Sequence record: MZ574431.2
Length of the DNA: 64,000 bases
Reading direction: 5' to 3' (one strand)
Shown here: piece after piece, positions 42,020-51,775 of the stretch
Position numbering within the stretch: the first letter of the stretch is position 1
Layout of the letters: every line of letters starts with the position of its first letter
Translations under genes and position numbers: made by a program
The notes under the pieces: model-generated
Seen by the model: the letters and a program-made list of their open reading frames with translations, nothing else
Databases searched by the model: none
What the model was told of the DNA's origin: nothing

Positions 42020-43189
42020 CTAGAAGCTGGCGTAGCGGCCGATCATGAAGTCGGCGATGTGGGCGTGGTCTTCGAACGTGTCCATCGGATTGAGTTCGAA
42101 GGTCGGCATCCAGAAGGCGGCCTTGGCGTCGTCCAGGCCGATCAGGCGCGGCAGGCCATAGCCCTTGGGGATTTGGAAGAGGTGGGCTTCGGTGATCAGG
42201 TGCCCGCGCCGCGAGCGGTTGGGATCATCGAAGCGATGGCCCTCGCCCTGGTGGAAGGACATCAGCAGGGCGATCGCGGCCGTCAGGAAGGCTGGCTCGG
42301 GCGGCGCCGCGCGCCCAGCGACCCGCGCTTCGTTGCACTCGCGCAGATAGGCAATGAAGGCGGGAAGGTCGCGGTCTTCGATGAAGATGCCGGTCTCTTC
42401 GACGCCCTCGCGCGCAGCGCCTCGCAGGGTGCGCTCGTAGGGGTTCAGGAAGCCGCCGGGCAGGCCTTTCATGCCTGTGCCCTCTTCGCCGCCGCGTTCG
42501 ATCATGGCGATCTGGTCGCCGGCCAGGATCACCGGGTCGACCGTCTGGTGGGGACCATCGCCCCACTTTTCGCGATAGGCGATCTCGGCCGCCAACTGCT
42601 TCATCAGATAGGCGTAGACGGGTCGGTCGCGGAACTTGCGCAGGAACTCCACGGTCGGGCGCGGGATGGTGCTCCAGTCGAAGCTGTCGTTCCAGCCCTT
42701 GGAGTCGAAGTCGACCGAGCCCGAGAAGTAGGCCTTGCGGATCGCCGTCGCATTGGTGCCCGTATCCTCGACGGGGACATAGTCCCAGGCCCGGAACCAC
42801 GTCAGATACTCGCTGGTGGCGTCACGGATATTACCAACCAGCGCGATGCGCGGACGCAGGGCGCTCGTCGCGCTACGGACCGAGGCGTTGACCGACTCGA
42901 TCCAGCCGGCCTTGTTGTAGGGCATGTCGTTGAGCGGGGCGATGGAGATGCGCTCCATCTCCGCCGCGTCCCACCGCTCACGCAGGCAGGCCAGGAGAAC
43001 CTCCCGCCGCTCCTCGTAGGTGAACGGGTTGCGGGTGTCTCGGGCGACATTGGCCGACCCGAGCATGATATGGACGCGGTCGGCGACCTCCATGGCCTTT
43101 GCGATCACCCTCAGGTGACCTTCCTGGCAGCCTTGCAGGCGGCCGATCACGCCAGCGACGTTGTAGAGCGCGGTCGAGCGAATGGTCAT
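42020..43189 (-). CDS. nadM: Bifunctional NMN adenylyltransferase / Nudix hydrolase (NadM-Nudix)
   Basis: GRLQGCQEGH, RNPFTYEER, NAT.IR, Nudix box GGFLNPYERTLRGAAREGVEETG, DDA..A.W, FEDH. Confidence 0.9.
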   Translation of the reverse strand: MTIRSTALYNVAGVIGRLQGCQEGHLRVIAKAMEVADRVHIMLGSANVARDTRNPFTYEERREVLLACLRERWDAAEMERISIAPLNDMPYNKAGWIESVNASVRSATSALRPRIALVGNIRDATSEYLTWFRAWDYVPVEDTGTNATAIRKAYFSGSVDFDSKGWNDSFDWSTIPRPTVEFLRKFRDRPVYAYLMKQLAAEIAYREKWGDGPHQTVDPVILAGDQIAMIERGGEEGTGMKGLPGGFLNPYERTLRGAAREGVEETGIFIEDRDLPAFIAYLRECNEARVAGRAAPPEPAFLTAAIALLMSFHQGEGHRFDDPNRSRRGHLITEAHLFQIPKGYGLPRLIGLDDAKAAFWMPTFELNPMDTFEDHAHIADFMIGRYASF

Positions 43190-43209
43190 GGAGGCCCCCG
43201 ATCTGATGG

Positions 43210-43629
43210 TTAGGCGTCGTCGCCGGCCGGCGTCTCAGGCGCAGGCGCGGTCTCGGCCTTGGCGGTGCGACTCTTGGCCGGGGTCGGCTTTTCGGTTTCG
43301 GGCGCGGTCGTCTCGACCGGGACCGAGGCGCCGTTCGACAGCGGGACGACCGCCTCGCCGACTTCCTCGAACTGCTCGGCGAACGCGGCAGGCGAGAAAA
43401 CGGCGGCTTCGTGCTTGCCCAGCAGGACGATCCAGTCGCCATCGACGGCCTGCGCCGTGGTGTTCTTCGACGGGACCAGCAGCGTGCCCACGCCTGAGGT
43501 GCCGATCGGGCTCATGCCGATCGACGACAGGCCTTCGAAGGTCTGAGCCCAGGCCGGCCACGAGGTGCGGTCAGCGCTGCGGTCCCATTGAAAAGCCTCG
43601 ACGAGCACGGGCTTGCGTTGATAGGGCAT
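43210..43629 (-). CDS. Hypothetical protein
   Basis: YQRKPVLVEAFQW-type conserved phage N-terminus; Pro/Ala tail. Confidence 0.7.
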   Translation of the reverse strand: MPYQRKPVLVEAFQWDRSADRTSWPAWAQTFEGLSSIGMSPIGTSGVGTLLVPSKNTTAQAVDGDWIVLLGKHEAAVFSPAAFAEQFEEVGEAVVPLSNGASVPVETTAPETEKPTPAKSRTAKAETAPAPETPAGDDA

Positions 43630-43705
43630 ACGGCCCTCCTAGTTACTGTTGGGGTTGGGGTAGCATAGCCGTGACGCAGGGACTAGCCCCACGTCACGAA
43701 AAACA

Positions 43706-44158
43706 TCACGCCGCTTCGGTTTCGCGGACCGGCGACAGGTCCTCGGCCAGACGAACCACGGCGCGTCGGCTGCCCTGGGGCATAGCCACGAAGGCCTTGG
43801 CCAGGGGCAACCCGCCGGCGCCGATGAACTGGGTCAGGGTGTCGGGCTGGACGGTGCTGTCCTGCTCCTCGCTCACCGGCGGGAAGAAGTGCTCGACCGG
43901 CACTTGGAGCTTCTTGGCGATGTCGTAGAGCTTGCTGGCGCTGACGCGATTGGCGCCCTTCTCGTACTTCTGAACCTGCTGGAAGGTCAGACCCAGCGCG
44001 GCGGCCAGTTGTTCCTGAGAGATGCCCATCATCTTGCGCCGGGCGCGGATGCGCTCACCGACGAAGAGATCGACCGGCATGGGCGTCTTGGAGTCGCCCA
44101 GGACCGCCGGCGCGATCGGCGGATTGGGGGTGGCGGGGTCTTTCACGGTTCGGGCCAT
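43706..44158 (-). CDS. XRE-family HTH transcriptional regulator
   Basis: VGERIRARRKMMGISQEQLAAALGLTFQQVQKYEKGANRVSAS. Confidence 0.9.
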   Translation of the reverse strand: MARTVKDPATPNPPIAPAVLGDSKTPMPVDLFVGERIRARRKMMGISQEQLAAALGLTFQQVQKYEKGANRVSASKLYDIAKKLQVPVEHFFPPVSEEQDSTVQPDTLTQFIGAGGLPLAKAFVAMPQGSRRAVVRLAEDLSPVRETEAA

Positions 44159-44601
44159 TACAGTTCCTTTCCATCGGGATCGATGATCGCCAGCTTGTAG
44201 CCGCAGGCCTTCAGCGTGGCGTTGAGGGTGGAGACCAACGGCCGGCGGGTGCGGTAGTCGGTCCAGTTGCGTAGGGTGGTGCTGGACGCCCCGCCCCGCC
44301 GGGTGATTTCTGCCTTCGACAGGTCCGTGTCACCCAGGACGGTGATGGTCTTGACGAGAAGGCCATCGATCTCGGCGACGGGGACGCGCCGATCACGCGG
44401 CACAGGCGTCGTGTTACGCCCCACCGGGCCGGTCACGATCTCAGCGGTGGGCTTTTGGGCCGGGACCAGCTTGGACTTGACAGCCTCGGGTACGACGCCC
44501 AGGGGATTTTCGCTGGACTTGCGGGTCCGCAGCTTTGGACCGCCGAGCTTGATCGCGGTCTTTCGCTCCGGCCGTCCCCAGCTTTTCTTGCCGATCGCCA
44601 T
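44158..44601 (-). CDS. Protein with a C-terminal HTH
   Basis: LSKAEITRRGGASSTTLRNW...LNATLKACGYKL. Confidence 0.65.
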   Translation of the reverse strand: MAIGKKSWGRPERKTAIKLGGPKLRTRKSSENPLGVVPEAVKSKLVPAQKPTAEIVTGPVGRNTTPVPRDRRVPVAEIDGLLVKTITVLGDTDLSKAEITRRGGASSTTLRNWTDYRTRRPLVSTLNATLKACGYKLAIIDPDGKEL

Positions 44602-44609
44602 GGTGCCTC

Positions 44610-44843
44610 CTAGCTTCGGTCTTCGATGTCGTCGACCGATCTGCGCTTGGCGTAGAACTGTCGACTGCCTGTCCCAATCCAACCGACGTCGCCGCCTGGA
44701 TAGAGCTTGTTGACGTCCACCCAGTTTGGTCGCGCCATAGACCTGACAGGCGTGGCGCGCCCTTCCTGATAGACTTCGGCGCCGCGCTTTAGTCGAACGC
44801 GCGAACCGACTTTGATCTTTTTCCTGATCTCCTGCGGCGTCAA
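44610..44843 (-). CDS. Hypothetical protein
   Basis: ORF track; coupled. Confidence 0.55.
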   Translation of the reverse strand: MTPQEIRKKIKVGSRVRLKRGAEVYQEGRATPVRSMARPNWVDVNKLYPGGDVGWIGTGSRQFYAKRRSVDDIEDRS

Positions 44844-45046
44844 AGCTTGACCCCGCGTTCAATCAGACGCTTCTCGGCCGCCTCATCAGTTGGCCAGACG
44901 CTGGCGCAGGCCTGCTCTCCGGCCGCCCGGCGAAACGACTGCCAGTTCTGCCAAGACGGCTTAGGCTCTGTGCCGCTCATCGGGCTGCGGTAGCAGAGGG
45001 ACGCGCTTGGACAAGCACGGTCGCCGCACATCGCAATGTCAGGCAC
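44840..45046 (-). CDS. Small Cys-containing phage protein
   Basis: MPDIAMC....CP....CYR. Confidence 0.6.
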   Translation of the reverse strand: MPDIAMCGDRACPSASLCYRSPMSGTEPKPSWQNWQSFRRAAGEQACASVWPTDEAAEKRLIERGVKL

Positions 45047-45284
45047 GGCCCTCGCCCTTCTCGTTCAGGACTTCGCGAATAGCCTCCCCCTGTAGCCGGA
45101 GGTCCAAGAGGTCCTCATCCAGCACACGCAGAGCATGGCTGACCGACGCCTTGGTTGCAACAGGTAATTCGCGGTTTACGATCATTTCGATCAAGTCAGC
45201 GGTATCGGCGAGCATCTCGCGATAGGTCGCTGCTTGTCGGCGAGCGTAACGAGCCGCGTCTAGGGAGAGGACCAGGGCCGTCAC
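45039..45284 (-). CDS. Hypothetical protein
   Basis: Coupled ORF. Confidence 0.55.
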   Translation of the reverse strand: MTALVLSLDAARYARRQAATYREMLADTADLIEMIVNRELPVATKASVSHALRVLDEDLLDLRLQGEAIREVLNEKGEGRA

Positions 45285-45547
45285 AGGTGTTTCTGGGCCA
45301 GGGACTGGATGTTGAGGTGCTCACCCTCCAGCACACGCGTCATGCGCCGCGTGGTCTCGATGATGCCCGGCGGCACGAACTCGTCCTGGGCCGAAAGCTC
45401 CTCGCAGGACGCACTGAGCGCCTTGATCTGTTCCAGGATGCCGTTGACCTGGGCGCGCGTCTCAGCCTTGGCGGCGGCGACGAGGTCGGCCAGCTTCGGA
45501 CGGGTGGTGTCGACGAGACGCGGGGTCTTGGCGGCGGCGGTACTCAT
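45281..45547 (-). CDS. Hypothetical protein
   Basis: Codon bias. Confidence 0.7.
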   Translation of the reverse strand: MSTAAAKTPRLVDTTRPKLADLVAAAKAETRAQVNGILEQIKALSASCEELSAQDEFVPPGIIETTRRMTRVLEGEHLNIQSLAQKHL

Positions 45548-45561
45548 GTGATGCGTCTTCC

Positions 45562-45801
45562 TTACTTGTTATCGTTGGCGACCGCCGCCACGGCGAACGT
45601 GGCGTCGATCCGGTAGCCGATGATGCTCGGCTGTTCCCCGAAGAGGAGGTTTTGGTGGGTGCCATCGGTCAGGACCTCCGCCTCGATCGACAAGACGTCC
45701 GGGTTCTGGGCGAGGCGGATGAGCATGGCGTTGAACGCCTCGCCCGCCTGCTCCATGGTGCCGAAGGCGCCTTTCGCGTCGAAGACCCTGACCGTGCGCA
45801 T
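45562..45801 (-). CDS. Hypothetical protein
   Basis: Codon bias. Confidence 0.65.
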   Translation of the reverse strand: MRTVRVFDAKGAFGTMEQAGEAFNAMLIRLAQNPDVLSIEAEVLTDGTHQNLLFGEQPSIIGYRIDATFAVAAVANDNK

Positions 45802-45803
45802 GC

Positions 45804-46382
45804 CTACCCCTTGATCGGTACGGACTGGCCGGCGGCCAGGGTGAAGGTGGGAAGCTCGTGCGCCTCGATGGCGCTCGCCGCTTCGTTGGCCCAGCGGTTC
45901 TGTTGCTTCTCGATGAACTCGCCCAGGACCTTGATCCCAGCCTGGAGCCCCGGCGTCTCGCTCTCGGCGATCGCCTTGATGATCTCGCAGAAGAGTTCAT
46001 CGGCCACGAAGGCCTGCACGCGGAAGAGGTTGGCGGCGGCGATGCGGTCGTAGGCGTGCGCGCCCGTCAAGCCCATGTAGCTCATGGCGTAGGCGAAAAC
46101 CTCGATCGGCGCGCCGTTGATCCACGACCCGCGCAGGGCGTAGAGGTCCTCGAACTCGGGGAAGACGTCCAGCATGTCCTCGGACGCCGCGCCATACTGC
46201 TTGACGACGATCTCGTCCTGCACCTTCTCGATCAGGCGATAGCCCATGAAGAAGAACGGATCGGGGTTGCCCGGCGTCTGGGCCAGACCGCCGACGGCCT
46301 GATAGAACTGCGGCACGCCCCCTTCGAGGTCGATCTGCTTTTCCGCCAGGACGGGAACGAGGACGATGGAATCGATGGACAT
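45804..46382 (-). CDS. Hypothetical protein
   Basis: Codon bias; GGAG RBS. Confidence 0.75.
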   Translation of the reverse strand: MSIDSIVLVPVLAEKQIDLEGGVPQFYQAVGGLAQTPGNPDPFFFMGYRLIEKVQDEIVVKQYGAASEDMLDVFPEFEDLYALRGSWINGAPIEVFAYAMSYMGLTGAHAYDRIAAANLFRVQAFVADELFCEIIKAIAESETPGLQAGIKVLGEFIEKQQNRWANEAASAIEAHELPTFTLAAGQSVPIKG

Positions 46383-46399
46383 GAATTCTCCGGCGCCGC

Positions 46400-46726
46400 T
46401 CAGGCGGACTGGTTTTCGAAGTTGAATTTACGGGCGTACTGCGAACCGCCGATGACGTCCTTGGGCAGGACGGCGGCTTCGACATCGGCCAGCGGCTCGA
46501 TGTAGGACGAGATCGTCGAGTGAGGCGAGAACGACTTGGGCGTGTAGCCCTGGCTGCGCCCCGGCGCGCCGCGTCGGAACTTCTGACCGCCGATGCCGGC
46601 GTAGATGAACTTGTCGGTCACCTTGCGAACCTTCTCGGCGCGGATGTTGACCGGCTTGCGTGACTTCCTGGAGATCGCCACGTACTTGACGAGTTCGCCA
46701 ACCTTGGGGGACCAGAGATCATTCAT
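46400..46726 (-). CDS. Hypothetical protein
   Basis: Codon bias. Confidence 0.65.
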   Translation of the reverse strand: MNDLWSPKVGELVKYVAISRKSRKPVNIRAEKVRKVTDKFIYAGIGGQKFRRGAPGRSQGYTPKSFSPHSTISSYIEPLADVEAAVLPKDVIGGSQYARKFNFENQSA

Positions 46727-47555
46727 CGAGATCGGCTCCTTGGGTAAAACGAGGGTTTTTGATGATGGTCTGCGGCTCGCCCCGGAACATCTCGTGAGCC
46801 GAGATCGTGGCCTTGCCGCTGACGCGAGCGCCCTGGGCCACGCCGCGCGACCCGAAATAGGTTAGGGTCTGGCCATCGTCGGTCCTGATCTTGATCAGGT
46901 AGCGGCCCGACATCCACGACGTCGCCTCCCGCAGGCACGAGACAAAGCAGACCTCGCCGGCGAACTGGATGCGCTCGCCGACGGTTCCGACGTGTCGCGC
47001 CTGGGCGAGGCGCTCGCGCCGCTCGACATCCTTGTCGATGAACTTCTGCACGGCGGCCATCTGGGCTTCGGTCAGGTCCTGGTGCTGGATCGTCCGCCAC
47101 ATCGAGGTCAGGAACTCGCCGGGCTGGTTACGCTCGTCCGTCTCCATCGCCAGACGGCCGTAGAGGGCCGAGAAGGTTTGGTAGAAGGGGTCGGCCGCCA
47201 GCTTACCCTTGCGGGCCTCCTTGGCCTCTTCCTCGGCCTTCAGGCGCGCAGCCTGCGCTGCCTCGTAGGCGCCTTGCTTCTTGGCGCGCTGCTTGTCGCG
47301 CGACGCGTTCAGCTTGGCCAGTTCCTCGGGTGTGTAGAGCCGTTCTTCGCGAACGCTGCCCTTGCCCGAGCCACCACATTGGAAGCAGGTGTAGCCCGTG
47401 TGCTGCCAGCGGTCTGAGCGTCCCGCCCCGCCGCAGCGACCGCAGGGGTACTGGACCATCGTGATCGGACGGCCCTTGGCGTCGACGCCCATCTTGCGCG
47501 CGGCTTGGCCCTCGCGCAGGAAGAGTTCGATCATCTGTTCGGCGGTGTCAACCAC
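46719..47555 (-). CDS. Zinc-finger (CxxCGG.G x2) protein with a possible C-terminal OB fold
   Basis: CGRCGGAG...CFQCGGSG; HVGTVGERI; GTG start after AAGGAG. Confidence 0.65.
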   Translation of the reverse strand: MVDTAEQMIELFLREGQAARKMGVDAKGRPITMVQYPCGRCGGAGRSDRWQHTGYTCFQCGGSGKGSVREERLYTPEELAKLNASRDKQRAKKQGAYEAAQAARLKAEEEAKEARKGKLAADPFYQTFSALYGRLAMETDERNQPGEFLTSMWRTIQHQDLTEAQMAAVQKFIDKDVERRERLAQARHVGTVGERIQFAGEVCFVSCLREATSWMSGRYLIKIRTDDGQTLTYFGSRGVAQGARVSGKATISAHEMFRGEPQTIIKNPRFTQGADLDE

Positions 47556-47623
47556 GGGCGGCTCCTTTCGTTGACACCACCGTAAGTTCACCCTTGGAGG
47601 GTGTCAACAGGAATCTTGTAGAA

Positions 47624-47965
47624 TTATGGCTTGGCTTTGGGATGGGTGTTCGCCGCCACCCAGGCGCGCACCTCCAGGCTCATCCCCCGAAGCTCCTCCT
47701 CCGAGGCGCGCCACGGGATGCCGCCGGTCCCCACGCCGAAGGCGGTCCTGAACGGCGCCACCGCATAGGTGCTCGACAGCAGGCCATGGGCGTAGTTGGC
47801 GATCGTTTCCTTGTGCCAGCGATCCTCGCCGTCCGTGGCCGTGTCGACGACGCCATCCTTGCGCACGGCAATGATCACCACGGCGCGCAGGTTGTGCTTG
47901 GTCAGCAGGTCGATCGCGTCGTCCGAGGTCACGACGCACTGGGGATCGTCACGTTCAGTGGGCAT
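47624..47965 (-). CDS. Hypothetical protein
   Basis: ORF track. Confidence 0.6.
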   Translation of the reverse strand: MPTERDDPQCVVTSDDAIDLLTKHNLRAVVIIAVRKDGVVDTATDGEDRWHKETIANYAHGLLSSTYAVAPFRTAFGVGTGGIPWRASEEELRGMSLEVRAWVAANTHPKAKP

Positions 47966-48233
47966 GCTTGCGGGTCCAGAAATCAGTCAAGAGTTCGGAG
48001 ATGTGGTCGGAGATATGGCCCAAGATCAGTTCGCGGGCGCGCTTGGCGCCGGCCTCGACCACTTCCTCGGACAAGGTCGCCGGATCGCAGTCGATCCCGA
48101 CCATCTCCAGGGCATTGAAGACGAGGGTGTGGTTGAACTCGCGAAACAGGCTGCGGATCACGACCGGAGCACTCTCGATGCGCTCGGCGCTGAGACCGGC
48201 GTCGGTTAGCTCGGGCGGGGCGATGTTAAGCAT
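47955..48233 (-). CDS. Hypothetical protein
   Basis: ORF track; coupled. Confidence 0.6.
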   Translation of the reverse strand: MLNIAPPELTDAGLSAERIESAPVVIRSLFREFNHTLVFNALEMVGIDCDPATLSEEVVEAGAKRARELILGHISDHISELLTDFWTRKHAH

Positions 48234-49227
48234 TGGCCTCGGCGACCTTCCAGTTGGGGATGACGCTGGTCAGCAGCATGTCGGCGTCGCCCACGTCCTG
48301 GATGATTTGCATCTGAAGCTGTTCGAACGTGGCCAGAGCCACCAGCGCCGTCTGGGCGCCATTGAGCAGGGTTCTCACGCGATTGGACGCCAGCATCTGG
48401 TGCATGGAATCCGTCAGCCCTTCGGCGGCGACCTGCATCGCCACGCAGTGCAGTTGCAGGTTCTCGACCTTGGGCTTGATGGTGGTCATGAACGGCGAGA
48501 TGCGCGACAGCAGGCTCTGGCATTGATCCCGCGCGCCCGTCAGCATGCTCTCGTAATAGGCCGGCTTGGCCTTGCCGCTCAGGCGATCCAGGAAGCCGCG
48601 AGGCTTGCTCGACGCGTCCTTGGTGTCGGCGATCCAGTTCTTGATCCGCGTGCCGCTATAGGCCTGCGCGATCTTGACCTGCTCATTGGTGATGCTGACG
48701 TTGACCGCCAGATCGTCACTCCCCCAGTTCGTCCATTCCGTGATCGGGGTGTCCAGGACCTCCCTGATCTTGGGACGAATACGAGGATTGGCCCCGATGA
48801 CCGGGTCCAGTTCGGCCGCCCGCAGTGCCAGGGCATCGACCCGGTCATGGGCGCGAGGCGGCGCGGCGAAGGCGGGAACCGCCGAGGGAGCCGGCGCTGC
48901 GTTCTGAATGAACGAGGGGCTGGGCGCGTCCGCAAAGCGCGGGACCGGACGGGGTCCAGGCGCGGCGGCGGGGGCCGGCGTGGGATGCTCGGAGGCGATG
49001 ATTGTCCGGCCGGTCGGAGCGGCCTTGGGAGCGCCTAGGGGCTCGTCGGCTGCGGCGATCGTGCGGCTGGCCGGCGCGCGCGGCTGAGGCGCTTCGGGCT
49101 CTTGGCTGCTGGGGATGATCCTGGATCGCATGGCAGGGGACGCTTGCTGGGGGAGATCGACGGCGATGGGTTGGGGCTCAGGAGCCCCAACCCGTGAGGC
49201 CGGCGTGATGATGCGAGGTTTGATCAC
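48226..49227 (-). CDS. Pro/Ala-rich N-terminus plus helical domain, possibly a divergent TelA-like partner
   Basis: Last gene of the Ter/Tel cluster; RGFLDRLSG resembles the TelA GFLKRW segment. Confidence 0.5.
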   Translation of the reverse strand: MIKPRIITPASRVGAPEPQPIAVDLPQQASPAMRSRIIPSSQEPEAPQPRAPASRTIAAADEPLGAPKAAPTGRTIIASEHPTPAPAAAPGPRPVPRFADAPSPSFIQNAAPAPSAVPAFAAPPRAHDRVDALALRAAELDPVIGANPRIRPKIREVLDTPITEWTNWGSDDLAVNVSITNEQVKIAQAYSGTRIKNWIADTKDASSKPRGFLDRLSGKAKPAYYESMLTGARDQCQSLLSRISPFMTTIKPKVENLQLHCVAMQVAAEGLTDSMHQMLASNRVRTLLNGAQTALVALATFEQLQMQIIQDVGDADMLLTSVIPNWKVAEANA

Positions 49228-49246
49228 CGCGCGGTAGTCCTCGTTA

Positions 49247-49849
49247 CTAGGCGACAGCGCCCGGCAGGTAGCTGTTGATGATCTCGCCGATCGTCGCCTT
49301 CTGGCCGACGTCCAGCGCCTGGAAGCGCCACGAGCCGTCCTTCAGGTACAGCGAGCCGAATTGCAGCGCGTTGTAGCGCGAGTAGTCTTCGGTCAGATCA
49401 TAGCGCAGCAACGGCGCGCCCAGGACCAACTGGTTGTTGGCGTCGTAGGAGGCCGGGTAGATGCGGCAGTAGGCGTTCTTGACCGAGCCGAAGTTGACGC
49501 CCTGGTCGTAGATGTTGACCCAGAGATCGAGTTGGTCGACGCCGCCGGTCAGACGACCCAGGTCGATGATGATGCGCTCATCGTCCTCGTCGGCCGAGTT
49601 GCCTTGGCCGGTGCGGTTGTCGCCGGTGTGGATCACCGCGCCGTCCGACGATTCCTTCTGGTTGAAGTAGATGGCGCCGGGGTTGCCGATGCACTTGGCC
49701 GGCTCGTCGTTCGGCTGCTGCTTGCACAGGAACACCGACGAGTCGAGGTCGGCTTCCGTGGTCCAGCCGATGCCGACCACGAACAGGGTCTGACCGCCCG
49801 ATTCCTTCTGGATGTTGATGCGTTCGCCTTTTTCGACCGACAGGGTCAT
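49247..49849 (-). CDS. terD: TerD-family stress protein
   Basis: LSVEKGERI, DLDSS, HTGDNRTGQG...DDE, YDL.ED, W.FQA. Confidence 0.88.
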   Translation of the reverse strand: MTLSVEKGERINIQKESGGQTLFVVGIGWTTEADLDSSVFLCKQQPNDEPAKCIGNPGAIYFNQKESSDGAVIHTGDNRTGQGNSADEDDERIIIDLGRLTGGVDQLDLWVNIYDQGVNFGSVKNAYCRIYPASYDANNQLVLGAPLLRYDLTEDYSRYNALQFGSLYLKDGSWRFQALDVGQKATIGEIINSYLPGAVA

Positions 49850-49927
49850 GGCTCTGTGTCTCCGTTGATGAATGGATAGTCTGAGGGTGGAGAGGGTGGC
49901 GGGACCCGAAGGCCCCGCCGGTGGTGA

Positions 49928-50959
49928 TTAGGCCGAAGCCAGCAGGCCGTCAGCCTGTTTCTTGTTCTCGATCAGCGAGGTGATGAACGCCGCGCCGATG
50001 ATGATCGCGCCCAGTAGGCCCGTGATCCACTCGGGGACCTCGAACACCGGCGAGATCAGCATCAGGCTGCCCAGGGCGATGATCGCCCAGAAGGCGCCGT
50101 GCTCCAGGTGCGGATAGGCTTGCAGCGTACCGCGATCGACGGCCAGCAGGGTCAGTTCCCGCACCGCGAAGGCGCCGACGAACAGACCCACGGTGATCCA
50201 GACGATGTTGTTGGTCAGGGCGAAGGCGCCGATCACGCCGTCGAAGCTGAACGAGGCGTCCAGGACTTCGAGGTAGATGAAGCCGCCGATGCCCGCCTTG
50301 ATCACCTTGTCGGCGACGTCGCCGCCACCGGTCGCCAGGGTGCCCACGGCTTTGGTGGCCAGATAGGTCACCAGACCCAAGGCGCCGGCGAAGATGTAGC
50401 CGTAGCGTTCTTCGACCGGCAGCAGGCCCGCCAGCGCCAGGACCGCGACCAGCACGATCATGATCTCAGCCGAGTCCAGGATGCCGATCTTCGACAGGAA
50501 GCGTTCGATCGGGCCGAGCCAGTGGTGGTCCTTCTCCTTGTCCAGGAAGTGGGTCAGGCCCACCTTGAGCAGGAACACGCCGCCGAAGGCCGCCACCATG
50601 TAGTGGACGCCGGTCAGGGTCGCGGCGTACTTGGCCGGGTCGCTCAGGGCCATCACGGTGGCGTCGACGGGCGACATGTGCGCGGCGACCGACACGATGG
50701 CGATCGGGAACAGCAGACGCATGCCGAAGACGGCGATCAGGATGCCCCAGGTCAGGAAGATTTTGCGCCACTTGTCGTCCCAGTTCTCCAGGACGTGGGC
50801 GTTGACCACGGCATTGTCGAAGCTCAGCGACACTTCGAGGATGGCCAGGACGGCGACGGTGATCGCCATCGCCGGGCCGGCGATGAAGAAGGCGGCGATG
50901 ATGGCCAGGAAGAAGGCCAGGATCGGCAGTCGGAAGTAGTGGAATACGGGCTTGTGCAA
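49928..50959 (-). CDS. TerC-like (DUF475) integral membrane protein
   Basis: LEVSLSFDNAVVNA, VFGMR, YLEVLDASFSFDGVIGAFA, LEHGA. Confidence 0.85.
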   Translation of the reverse strand: MHKPVFHYFRLPILAFFLAIIAAFFIAGPAMAITVAVLAILEVSLSFDNAVVNAHVLENWDDKWRKIFLTWGILIAVFGMRLLFPIAIVSVAAHMSPVDATVMALSDPAKYAATLTGVHYMVAAFGGVFLLKVGLTHFLDKEKDHHWLGPIERFLSKIGILDSAEIMIVLVAVLALAGLLPVEERYGYIFAGALGLVTYLATKAVGTLATGGGDVADKVIKAGIGGFIYLEVLDASFSFDGVIGAFALTNNIVWITVGLFVGAFAVRELTLLAVDRGTLQAYPHLEHGAFWAIIALGSLMLISPVFEVPEWITGLLGAIIIGAAFITSLIENKKQADGLLASA

Positions 50960-51025
50960 GGGGTCCCCCTGTTTGCCGTGGATGGGAAAGGCGTCGGGTC
51001 CAGGGGGACCCGAGCCCGACGCGGT

Positions 51026-51766
51026 TTACTTGCCGCCGATCTTCTTGGCGAAGGCGGCGAACTCGGGGGTGAAGAGACGCTTATACATCTCCTCGTCCGA
51101 GATATTCAGGTCGCGGATGGCGATGAAGCCGACGTGGTCGAACTTGTCGGCCATCTTCTGGAGGAACGGGAAGGTCGTCGCCGACCCCACGCCGACCATG
51201 AAGAAGTAGATCGGCTTGTTGGCGCAGGCGGCCAGGGCCGACTCGGCGGCGGCGGCGTCGGCGTTGTCGCCGTCGGTCAGGAAGAAGATCACTGCCGGCT
51301 CGTTCGAAGCCGCCGTGCCGGGGGAGCCTTCCGACTTCTTGCCGAAGAGGCCGCCGAACAGGCCCGACGGCTTGACCGCCGGCGTGGCGGGCTTGCCCAG
51401 GAACAGGTCCCCGATGATCAGATTGATGATCGGGGCATAGTTGGTGCCGCCCCAGAGCGAGGCGCCCGACTTCAGCAGCTTGTTGCGGATGAAGGTGTCG
51501 TAGTCTTCGGCGCTGGCCGTGGTGATCTTGGCGGCGCCGTTGTCGAAGACGTAGCTGTCGAGCTTGCCGTCGTCGTCCAGGCGCACGGCCGCGCCCAGCA
51601 GTTGGTTGAAGGCGCTCTGCATCATGCCGTTCTCGAACATCCACTTGGCGGAGAACGAGACGTCCAGAGCCATGCCGGCGCGGACGGGCGGGATCGAGGT
51701 GACGCCGGCCTTTTCGATGGCGAGGCCGGCGGCCTTGGCTTTCTTTTCGACGGACAGGGTGCTCAA
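51026..51766 (-). CDS. vWA-domain protein (Ter-associated type)
   Basis: MIDAS-like DVSFS, GGTNY, FFLTDG, FMVGVG. Confidence 0.8.
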   Translation of the reverse strand: MSTLSVEKKAKAAGLAIEKAGVTSIPPVRAGMALDVSFSAKWMFENGMMQSAFNQLLGAAVRLDDDGKLDSYVFDNGAAKITTASAEDYDTFIRNKLLKSGASLWGGTNYAPIINLIIGDLFLGKPATPAVKPSGLFGGLFGKKSEGSPGTAASNEPAVIFFLTDGDNADAAAAESALAACANKPIYFFMVGVGSATTFPFLQKMADKFDHVGFIAIRDLNISDEEMYKRLFTPEFAAFAKKIGGK

Positions 51767-51775
51767 GGGTGTCTC

